The position numbers and the translations under genes were made by a program. From Antedon mediterranea (taxonomy: Eukaryota > Animalia > Echinodermata): a stretch of DNA of 64,000 bases. Below are positions 26,401 to 38,400 of this stretch, piece by piece. The stretch covers positions 13,720,871 through 13,784,870 of the forward strand of contig NC_092676.1 of the NCBI RefSeq assembly GCF_964355755.1, given 5' to 3'. The notes beneath the pieces were generated by a model. The model was given only the letters and a program-made list of their open reading frames with translations. It was not told the origin of the DNA and ran no database searches. Every line of letters starts with the position of its first letter. Within the stretch, counting starts at the first letter, position 1.

Positions 26401-29400
26401 CACAAACTTAACCATATGAACCTCGACAATTATTATTCCATCCTATGACATGAAATAAATATGTTTACAGTGCTGAATTGTACCTATTTTGTAGCATACA
26501 TCATTACAGTATTTACAGAATACGCTGTATATGTTATATACAGTGTAGCATAGACGATATTACGAGACCCATCTTTGAAATCCAATTATTAACACGATGA
26601 CGTCATCAAATTGACGTATAAAGATAACAATTTTAGAAGATAAGTATCTAAATAATTACATTAATACAAATTTTAAGAAATTTAAATCCGTAAAATATAG
26701 ATGCGCGCTCTTTTAAATGTGATGAACTATGACGCAAAATATGAAAATACGACTTTTTGTATTCAACTGGCCATATAATGACGTCACAACATCTAATTGC
26801 CAAAATATTCACATGAATCTGTATCTACAATCCAATAGCTTCCAGAAAACGTTTTAATCATGATGATCCCTTTTTATTCTGACGAGCTATAAAAGATTGA
26901 AATTTACTGTAAAGATGAAAATAGGTTACCCACGTTATTTACATTTTAAACATGATGACGTCATAAAAATTAAAATATTTTTAACTCATGCGAAAGATAG
27001 TTGTTGACCTAGACAGTATTAAAATATCTTAGGAAATGGAATACGTATAAGCGATATGCGCTCTATTTAATGTAATGAGCAATAGCGAAACAGTCAAAAA
27101 TCCAATATTTTACATTCGTGTGGCCATACGATGACGTCATAACATCCGAGGGGTAAAGATTCTGCATGAATTCATATCTACAACATATCTGCTTACATAT
27201 TAAATTAAAAAAATTGGGGGTAACGGTTGATCCTGAGGAGCTATAATAGATTCAAAGTAGGCATAATTTTGACAATATTTTGTCACTTTTGCAACTAAAA
27301 GGCACGCAAATTGTCTAAATCAACGTGTTCGTATGACGTCATTTTAATTTGAAATGATGTAAATCTTTTTTAAAATGACTAAGAAAGGCTGTAAAATCAT
27401 TATTCAAGAAAAAACACATGATTTTCATGCTCCGTGCGCACCTTACGCGTAATTTTTTTCGCGCGCGTGGGAATTTTTGACATGCTAAAAATGTCATGAT
27501 CAGCGTAGAAAGTTGATTAGAAATTAATTTTGCGCATTTTGAAATTTTAAATGCGCGTGCGCGCGTAACTTCTTGTGAAACATGTCATTTTTAATCAATA
27601 GAAAGTTTGCCCTTGATATGACTTAAATTTTCACCAAGTGTCAATACAAAACGACTTTTGGTTTATAATCTATGACGAATCATTGAAATTCATAAAATCG
27701 CGCGTAACTTACGCTGCGCAACTCACGCTGCGCAACTCTAACGTCATATAACAAAGTTTCTTGCACATCTACAGCTGCAGGTTAATCTTTTGACAAAGTT
27801 ATACAATCTTATGTTGACAAGGATGAGAGATATGCGACGCACAAAAATCCGGGAAAGAAAGAAGAATAACAAAGAAGATGAAAAAAAAGATATTTACAAT
27901 CACAAGGGTTATCCGCAACTTCTAAGTTGCGGATAACCAACTAGACATGTAACTCGTCACTTTGACGAGTTTGGTTATCCGCCGCGCCGCGCAAGTGGTG
28001 CAACATTAACATTAAGGGGATAGGTTGAGGACAAAAGGAAGTGTTCACGTTGGCATTATGACCTGAACTGAAGAATATGATATGTTGTTATTGCTGAATT
28101 TTATTATTTAAATTCATATATAGTATACACAGTATAATCTGTATCTATCACATACAGTGACATGCATAGAATAGGTGAAATTACGGGACCCGCTATTTAT
28201 TGCAATTTTTAACATGTTTACGGTTTTAAAATGAAACGCGAAGGTAGCAATTCCGAAAGGAAATTATCTCAGCAACAACGTATTAGCGTGTAGAAGAAAT
28301 TTGAATACGTGAAATATTGATGCGCGCTCTTTTAAATGTAATGAATTATGACGCAAAAGATGAAAATACGACCTTTTTTATTTAACTGGCCATATGATGA
28401 CGTCACAACATCCGATTGGCAACATTTTTACATAATTTCGTATCTACAATCCAATAGCTTCCAGAAAAAGTTTTAATCGTGATTATCACATTTTATTCTT
28501 ACGAGCTATAACAGATTAAAATTTACTGTAAAGATGAAATTAATGCCACACGTGATTTACATTTTTAGGCATGATGACGTCAAAAAAATTAAAATATTTT
28601 TAACTCATGCGAAAGATACTTGATTGACCTAGACAATATCAAAATTGGGGTGAAAATGGAAAACGGATAAGTGGAGATGCGCTCTATTCAATGTGATGAG
28701 CTATGACGAAAGATACAAAAATCCTAAATTTTATATTCGTGTGGCCATACGATGACGTCACAATGTCCGGTTAGCCATATTAATACCTGATCCGATATCT
28801 ACAACTCATCTACTTCCAGAATATGCCATCCACAAAAAGTTGACCGTCTAGTTTAGAAATTACGACTGTTTAAAAAAAGGCATATTTTAAACGAATTTTT
28901 TAACCTTTTCATAAAAAACGCGCGCAAATTGTCCAATTCGACGTGCTCGTATGACGTATCTTTAAGTCGAAATTGTTTAAAATTTGGTAAAATTACTAGA
29001 AAAGGCTGGAAAAATATAAATCACGCGAAAAAAATACGTTTTCAATGCTACGTGCGTACCGCAAACGTAAAAATCTGCGCACGCGTGGGAATTTTTGACA
29101 TGCTTAAAACAACATGGAACGCGTAGAAAGTTGATTTTAAATTAATTTTGCGCATTTTGAAATTTTAAATTTGCGTGCGCGCGTAACTTTGTGTAAAACA
29201 CACAATTTTTTTTCAACAGAAAGTTAGCGCATGATATAAATTAAACTTTTGCAAAGTTTCAAGTTGAAATGTTATTTGGTTGTCGAGCTATGTTAAATAC
29301 GACAAAATCGTTAAATCGCGCGTAAGTCACGTTGCGCAATTGTAAACATCATGAAAAGCTTCGCTGCACATCTTCATGTGCATGACGATATGTTGAGAAA

Positions 29401-32400
29401 GTTACAAAATGTTATGTTTCGAGTTTTAGAGAAAAGCGTTCCACAAAAATCATACAGAAAGAAAGAAGAACTAGACATGAAACTCGTCACTTTGACGAGT
29501 TAGTTATCCGCACAACAAACGCCACGCGCACGTCATACGTTGGAATTTTGCACACGGAAAAAGATTATGACATTATGACCTGAACTGAAGAATATCATAT
29601 GCTGTTAGTGCTGAATTCTGTCAATTTTGTGTCATATAGTATATACAGTGCAAACGGTATAATCTGTATACATGTTACATACAGTGTAGAATAGGTGAAA
29701 TTACGGGTCCCCCCGTTTATACTTATTTTTAACACGGCTTCGGTATCAAAATGAAACACTAAGATAGCAATTTCGGAAGGAAATTATCTCAGCAACAACA
29801 TATTAACGTGTGGAAGAAATTTGAATACGTAAAATATAGATGCGCGCCCTTTTAAATGTGATGAACTATTACGCAAAATATGAAAATACGACTTTTTTTA
29901 TTCAACTGGCCATATGATGACGTCACAACATCCGATTGGCAAAATGTTTACATGAATTCGTATCTACAATCCAATAGCTTCCTGAAAACGTTTTAATCAT
30001 GATTATCACGTTTTATTCTGACGAGCTATAACAGATTGAAATTTACTGTAAAGATGAAAATAAGTGACCCACGTTATTTTCATTTTCAGACATGATGACG
30101 TCATAACAATTAAAATATTTTAACTCATGCGAAAGATAGTTGATTGACCTAGATAATATAAAAATCGGGGTGAAAATGGAAAACAGATAATTGGAGATGC
30201 GCTCTATTAAATGTGATGAGCTATGATGAAAGATACAAAAATTCTATTTTTTATATTCGCATGGCCATACGATGTCGTCACAATGTCCGGTAAGCCGTAT
30301 TGATGCATGATACATGATCAACAACTCATCATCTTCCAAAATACGTAATAAAAATAACTTTTACCGTTTAGTTTAGAAACTACGACTGTTTAAAAAAAGG
30401 TATAATTTTGACAAATTTTGACAAATTTTTGAACTTTTTCATAAAAAACGCACATAAATTATCCAATTCGACGTGCCCGTATGACGTAATTTGAAGTCGA
30501 AATTGTTTAAAAGTTGGTAAAATTACTAGAAAAGGCTGAAAAAACATAAATCACGCGAAAAAATCTGTTTTTAACGGTACGTGTGCTCCGCGCGCGTAAA
30601 AATTTGCGCGCGCCTGGGAATTTTTGACATGCTCAAAATGACATTAAACGCGTAGAAAGTTGATTAGAAATTAATTTTGAGCATTTTGAAATTTTAAATG
30701 CGCGTACGCGCGTAACTTTTGGTAAACCAAGCATTTTTTTTTCAACAAAAAGTTAGCGCATGATTTAAATTAAACTTTTGCAAAGTTTCAATTTAAAATG
30801 TTATTTGGTTTTTGACCTATGTTAAATAGGTGAAATTCATAAAATCGCGCGTAAGTCATGTTGCGCAACTCTGACATAATTCAAAAATAGGAGGTGCACA
30901 ACTTCACGTGAATGCCCTCATGCTGACAAAGTTATAACATGTTATGTTTACAAGTTTTTGAGATACGTGAGACACAAAAATGGGGGAGAAGGAAAGAAAA
31001 ACTAGACATGAAACTCGTCACTTTGACGAGTTAGTTATCCGCACGACAAACGCCACATGCACGCCATACGTTGGAATATTGCACACGGAAAAAGATTATG
31101 GCATTATGACCTGAACTGAAGACTATAATATGTTGTTATTGCTGAATTCTATTATTTTGATTCATATATAGTATACACAGTGTAATCTGTATACATATCA
31201 CATCAGGGAAAATTTTCATTTAAAAATTTTGTTTAGCAATATTGCTAATAAAACTGATTTTTAAGTCGAGAAACATAGTTTTGTATTGTATTTTTTGCTA
31301 CACAATTTTCAAAATGTGTAGCAATGAGGTTGTTTTGTATAGCTTTTTGCTACGCTACACTGGCGAAAATGTTCTCTGCACATACAGTGTATGTAGAATA
31401 GGGGAAATTACGGGACCCGCTATTTATTGCAATTTTTAACATGTTGATGGTTTTAAAATGAAACGCGAAGGTAGCAATTTTGGAAGAAAATTATCTCAGC
31501 AACAACATATTAACGTGTAGAAGAAATTTGAATAGGTGAAATATTAATGCGCGATCTTTTAAATGTAATGAACTATGACGCAAAATATGAAAATACGACT
31601 TTTTTTATTTAACTGGCCATATGATGACGTCACCACATCTGATTGGCAAAATTTTCACATGATTTTGTATCTACAATCCAATAGCTTCAAGAAAACGTTT
31701 TAATCGTGATTATCACATTTTATTCTTACGAGCTATAACAGATTGAAATTTACTGTAAAGATGAAATTAATGCCACACGTAATTTAAATTTTTAGGCATG
31801 ATGACGTCATAAAAATTAAAATATTTTTAACTCATGCTAAAGATAGTTGATTGACCTAAACAATATCAAAATCGGGGTGAAAATAGAAAACGGATAAGTG
31901 GAGATGCGCTCTATTAAATGTGAGGAGTTATGACGAAAGATACAAAAATCCTAAATTTCATATTCGCGTGGCCATACGATGACGTCACAATGACCGGTTA
32001 GCCATATTAATGCATGATCCAATATCTACAACTCATCTACTTCTAGAATATGTCATCCACAAAAATTTGACCGTCTAGTTTAGAAATTACGACTGTTTAA
32101 AAAAAGGCATATTTTAAACGAATTTTTTAACCTTTTCATAAAAAACGCGCGCAAATTGTCCAATTCGACGTGCTCGTATGACGTATCTTTAAGTCGAAAT
32201 TGTTTAAAATTTGGTAAAATGACTAGAAAAGGCTGGAAAAACATAAATCACGCGAAAAAAATACGTTTTCAATGCTACGTGCCAACCGCACACGTAAAAA
32301 TGTGCGCACGCGTGGGAATTTTTGACATGCTTAAAACAACATGAAACGCGTAGAAAGTTGATTATAAATTAATTTTGCGCATTTTGAAATTTTAAATGCG

Positions 32401-35400
32401 CGTGCGCGCGTAACTTCTTGTAAAACATGCCATTTTTAATCCACAAAAAGTTTGCGCTTGATATGACTTAAAATTTCACAAAGTGTCAAAACAAAATTAT
32501 GCTTGGTTTTTAGTCTATGAGCAATCATAAAAAATCATAAAATCGCGCGTAAGTCACGTTGCGCAACTCTGACATCATTCAAAAATAGGAGGTGCACAAC
32601 TTCACGTAAATGCCCATATGTTGACAAATTTATGAAATGTTATGTTTACCCATTTTAGAGATACGCTCTGCACAAAAAGTGAGGGAGAAAGACAGAAGAA
32701 TAATATAAAATTGAAACAGGACGATTACAAGGAGTTATCCGCTACTAAGCGGATAACTAAAAAAAGTAACAGGACAGTTACAAGGAGTTCCGCTCAATGC
32801 GGATAACTAATAAAAAGTTGATGTTGATGATTTCGTACAATCACAAGAGGTTATCCTGCATGTAACTCGTCACTTTGACGAGTTTGGTTATCCGCCGCGC
32901 AAGTGGTGCAACATTAACATTAAGGGGATAGGTTGAGGACAAAAGGAAGTGTTCACGTTGGCATTATGACCTGAACTGAAGAATATGATATGTTGTTATT
33001 GCTGAATTTTATTATTTAAATTCATATATAGTATATACACAGTATAATCTGTATCCATATAACATACAGTGTAGAATAGGTGAAATTACGGGACCCGCTA
33101 TTTTTAACATGTTGACGGTTTTAAAATGAAACGCGAAGGTAGCAATTCCGAAAGGAAATTATCTCAGCAACAACGTATTAGCGTGTAGAAGAAATTTGAA
33201 TACGTGAAATATTGATGCGCGCTCTTTTAAATGTAATGAATTATGACGCAAAAGATGAAAATACGACCTTTTTTATTTAACTGGCCATATGATGACGTCA
33301 CAACATCCGATTGGCAACATTTTTACATAATTTCGTATCTACAATCCAATAGCTTCCAGAAAAAATTGTAATCGTGATTATCACATTTTATTCTTACGAG
33401 CTATAACAGATTAAAATTTACTGTAAAGATGAAATTAATGCCACACGTGATTTAAATTTTTAGGCATGATGACGTCAAAAAAATTAAAATATTTTTGACT
33501 CATGCGAAAGATACTTGATTGACCTAGACAAAATCAAAATCGGGGTGAAAATGGAAAACGGATAAGTGGAGATGCGCTCTATTCAATGTGATAAGCTATG
33601 ACGAAAGATACAAAAATCCTAAATTTTATATTCGCGTGGCCATACGATGACGTCACAATGTCCGGTTAGCCATATTAATACCTGATCCGATATCTACAAC
33701 TCATCTACTTCCAGAATATGCCATCCACAAAAAGTTGACCGTCTAGTTTAGAAATTACGACTGTTTAAAAAAAGGCATATTTTAAACGAATTTTTTAACC
33801 TTTTCATAAAAAACGCGCGCAAATTGTCCAATTCGACGTGCTCGTATGACGTATCTTTAAGTCGAAATTGTTTAAAATTTGGTAAAATTACTAGAAAAGG
33901 CTGGAAAAACATAAATCACGCGAAAAAAATACGTTTTCAATGCTACGTGCGCACCGCACACGTAAAAATGTGCGCACGCGTGGGAATTTTTGACATGCTT
34001 AAAACGACATGAAACGCGTAGAAAGTTGATTATGAATTAATTTTGCGCATTTTGAAATTTTAAATGCGCGTGCGCGCGTAACTTTGTGTAAAACACGCAA
34101 TTTTTTTTCAACAGAAAGTTAGCGCATGATATAAATTAAACTTTTGCAAAGTTTCACTTTAAAATGTTATTTGGTTTTCGACATATGTTAAATACGAGAA
34201 AATCGTTAAATCGCGCGTACGTCACATTGCGCGATTGTAAACATCATGAAAAGCTTCGCTTGACGACGTTACATAAATGTCAAAATGTTAACATAGTTAA
34301 CAAAATGTTATGTTTGCAAGTTTTAGAGAAAAGCGTTACACAAAAATCATACAGAAAGAAAGAAGATGAAAAAAAAGATGATGATTTCGTACAATCACAA
34401 GAGGTTATCCTGCAACTTTGTTGCGGATAACCAAAAATAAAAAGTTGATGTTGATGATGATTTCGTACAATCACAAGAGGTTATCCTGCAACTTCGTTGC
34501 GGATAACCAAAAAAAATAAAGATTTCATACAATAACAATAGGTGATCATTTTATTCTAAATGATCACCTAAAAAAAGATCTTACACAATCACAAGGGTTA
34601 TCCTGCAACTTCATTGCAGATAACCAATAAATAATTTAACATTAATTAAATAAATACAAATATGATAAAATTGAATTAGTTTAATGACCAAGTTCAATAT
34701 ATATTTCCCAAGTAAAATAACTTCATCAAACTTTCAGGGCACACATAATATTATTTAATTTTTTTAAAGAGAATAAAATAAAATATCAATAGAATTATCT
34801 ATAAAAACAAATGAATTATACAATTTGGGATATCTACAAATAAACCTCTGTTTAGAAGCATTGACTCGGGAAAATTGAACATTAGACATTTTATATTTAT
34901 TTGGTATCAAGCACAATCTTGCCAGGAGCAAACAATAGAAATAGGCCTGAACAGATTTAACCACTCTTGCTCCAACAATAATAATAATAACTTACATTTT
35001 CTTTTGGACTTAGTAAATATTGATCCTATGATGACATTTTAAATTTAACTTAAGAGAAATAAAACGCTACAATAAAAGAATAGAGATAATAAGAATAAAG
35101 GTCTAACATAAAAAATGGACATTTGCCCCCTGAGCTTTTCTTAATGAGTTTCTAAAGCAAAAAATCACACACAAAGGATATATAGTAGTCCTTTCCATTT
35201 TCTAGATGTAAAACTAAGATGTCTTCAATTTTGTCATCACCAGAGTTTAGAGCTGCTGCAGTGTTTTTGTCAACAAGTATTCGAACTGTTAATTCAATTA
35301 GATCCCCTTCAAAAGTTAAACATGAATAATTTATTTAATTCTGCTTAAAAATCTAAACATTAATTTTGAAAAGTTTATGTTTTAAAAGTCTAGCGATCTT

Positions 35401-38400
35401 TTTATCTTTATTTTATTCTTCCAAATGTAATTATGTTGCTAAAATATTAATAGATTCATTTATGAAACTATTAGAAGAATAATGTGCTGTAGTGTAATTA
35501 AATATTTAAGGAGTTTTAATAATACATATTAATAATTTATTAAATTTATTCGACAAGATATTTTAAATTCAAAAATTAAATCGTTACCTGGAAGAAAATA
35601 TGCTTCTGAAGGTTCTACTTTCAACCATGGTTTACAGAAATGTTTATCATCCAGTTTATTAACAAACTTAAAATGAACACCTGTCTGTCCTGTGTTAGCG
35701 AGGCTTACTTTCTTCTCCCTTGGATCCATGAACTTTACATCCTTAAATTCCAGCTTATTAAAAAAAATGATCAAACTGATTATTAAATAGGACTTTAAGG
35801 GGAAGGGAAAAATAATAAAAAGAAAATGTTAAAAACCAAAAATTCCAAAAATGTCAAACAAATATTTTGTCAAATTATTTTCATTTTTCCTTCCATATAC
35901 AAGTCTGTTCTTGATGCATTCAATGCCTTCAGCCAAACTAGCTCAATCACTCTTCCTGCTTATTAATTAGTATCCTAAAGTAATATATGCATTTTTTTAT
36001 ATAATTTCAAGAGAAATGGGATTAAAAATCAGGTACGACGAATGAATTACATCTAACTAAAAATCCAAAAACACCCATTCAAAACACATTCACAATGTCA
36101 ATGGCATGTGTTATTCTAAAAGCTAATTAATGAATGCATGGATTGATTAATGATGCAGTTGTACCTGGTTATTTTCAAGAGTTACTTGTGGTAAGGCCTC
36201 ATTCTCTACTCTATCCTGGTTACGTATTTCTTCTTCTACAACATCTCTGTATTTTTTCTCATCGATAACTTTTACCTACGTAAATATAAGAATATTAAAC
36301 GTGAATAGAAGATGAAAGAATCTACAATAAATTTATTTAAGGGCAAAATTTGGTAAATTTTTACCACGCAATGAAACCCTGTTTAAGTTTTAAATATTAT
36401 TTTTTTAGCTAGGATATACGTTTAATCAGCCAGGCCTAACGTTGGTCGGAATCGTTGTGGGACTAGGGCCTAGGCCTATGGAAACTGATGATTATTGATA
36501 TATTACAAAACAGGTTTGTTGAGTGAAACTTTGTCACTTAGTGAAATACTGATACGATTTGCATTAGACTTCTTATTCAAAATAACGCCATTATTTTTTA
36601 TTCAGATAATAAATCATCATGCCAATTCCAAAAAAAATGTGCAAATACTTCGGCCTAGCTAGCACGGCTGTTATACACAGTGTGCCATGCCATTGCTATG
36701 TGCTAACTGTAATACTGGAGTCAGTTGCATGTTTCGAGAGGTACCGTTTCGACAGCCGTACATAACCAGATTAGTTACTTTCAATTAGGACAACATTTAC
36801 GGTTCAGACTGAATATGTGGCACGAACAAGCCAAACCAGTCACTTGTCGGTAATCCCCGAAATGAGATACAGCCTAGAATAGGTAAAATCATGTTGACAA
36901 AAAAAACATTTTTTAAAATATTTTAATCGATTAAATCTAACCTTTATGTATTCTAGAATCATACTGTGTTTTTTTTTTAATTTTTCAACTAAAACAAGTA
37001 AAAAAATACATTTTGTAAGGCTATGTTTTTGTAAGATGTCGAAAATTTTTCGCCTGTAGAATTGTCTACTCAAAAGATTTGTATGCCGCCATTTTCTAAG
37101 CGAAATCTGGCTTGTTTACTATAAATATATAATAATAATAATAAGCTAATTTAAAGAGGTGTATTTCTATTGGACAATGACTTCAGTTGTTCAATGATAA
37201 TGACTTTTAGTGATATAAACAAAAATTATAATATAACGACGAACATCGTATCCGGTGCTGTAATTGGTAAATTGTGCTCACATGGCCTTAAAGCTCATGA
37301 CTGCTGCGCATGCACAAAGTGTCGTAGCTGTCAAAAATCCATCCACGTGTGCAGTGGTTCGGAGGAGGAAGCAGGACACAACGCGAGAGCAGCTGTGTAT
37401 ACTTACTTTACTGAGATTTTGCATGTTACAAGAGCAATATAAAAACAAAATAATCCCGGAATTTTATTACCATCCGATAACTAGAAAAATAATGTGTTAT
37501 CCGTGTCCTCTTGTCCGTTGCTGCGTTCATTCAGCCTCGCTGTTCAAAGAAGGCCACCACGGCCCAGCATCGCGTCAGTAAATTTTGAATGGACATTTCT
37601 CCGAAAAAACATAATCCAGAGAGTTCTAACACATACATGTTTTAAATTTCACATAACTTTGTAAGTAAAAGTCGGACTACAATAATTTGTTACCATTATA
37701 AAACACATAATTAGCTGCATATGATAAGATGATATTATCTCCAAATTAAATATTTACGCCATGCGACTGATCTGGCTTGTCCCTGCCACATATAATATCC
37801 AAATTTGTAGTACATACCAATTAAATTAACCTTTCTATTGGATTCCATAAAAAAACCTGAACTCGGTGTTTGCCATTCAAAGTGTTAATGTCTTCACCCT
37901 TGATAGACTTGATGGATACATATACAGTAAAGTAGTAATAGAATTATAATATTATAGTCATTTTTAAGCTGTGAATAAAGGAATAAATTTACCACAATTT
38001 CAAAGTTACTGCTGACTGGTTTGTGATCACTTAGTTTTAGTTCTTTGTTGTATTTGTAATCTAGTTGACGTATGTCACGACTGTTAACGCCTCGGTATAG
38101 AATCCGGTCACACCATGCTGGAGCTCTTTGCTTCTCACTTAAATAAACAAAATCAGGTTACATTATATTATACTTTCCAGATAAAAGCAAGAACGCTACT
38201 TATGGTAAGGTAGGCTTTACTTTTTATAAATGGAAACTTTTGGCAAATTAACACAAATACATGTAAACCTTGTAACCCTGGTAAAGTTTTAATACTAAGC
38301 TTAGAAAAATATTTGGGACTAGTTTTCACTATGTACATCCATTTTGAATAAGAATTGCATACTTTTTTCTAGTAAACTTTAAATGGAAATAAAGTGATTG

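Larger units (their letters stand above)
20141..35181 (-). other. U12-type AT-AC intron, 15041 nt
   Basis: 5' site ATATCCTTTG; branch point CCTTAAC at 20151-20157; terminal AC. Splicing gives KDYY|[13 protein letters not shown], matching the OCRL family sequence. Confidence 0.92.

Noticed and set aside
28929-34012. Multi-copy small protein [12 protein letters not shown] (also at 54729)
   Set aside because: TTG-started chance ORFs within repeat copies, disrupted in sister elements, with no recognisable domain
20769-34625. Simple 1.5-kb satellite or rolling-circle concatemer
   Set aside because: Units belong to different subfamilies, and their missing caps appear downstream in reverse order, which tandem amplification would not produce
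35130-35181. Extension of the ASH exon to a downstream GT donor or stop
   Set aside because: The U12 ATATCCTTT donor with a matching branch point and AC gives an exact family-like junction
37170-37581. Cys-rich ORFs as a host gene
   Set aside because: They lie within a TIR element antisense to OCRL, with no supporting splice structure or recognisable domain
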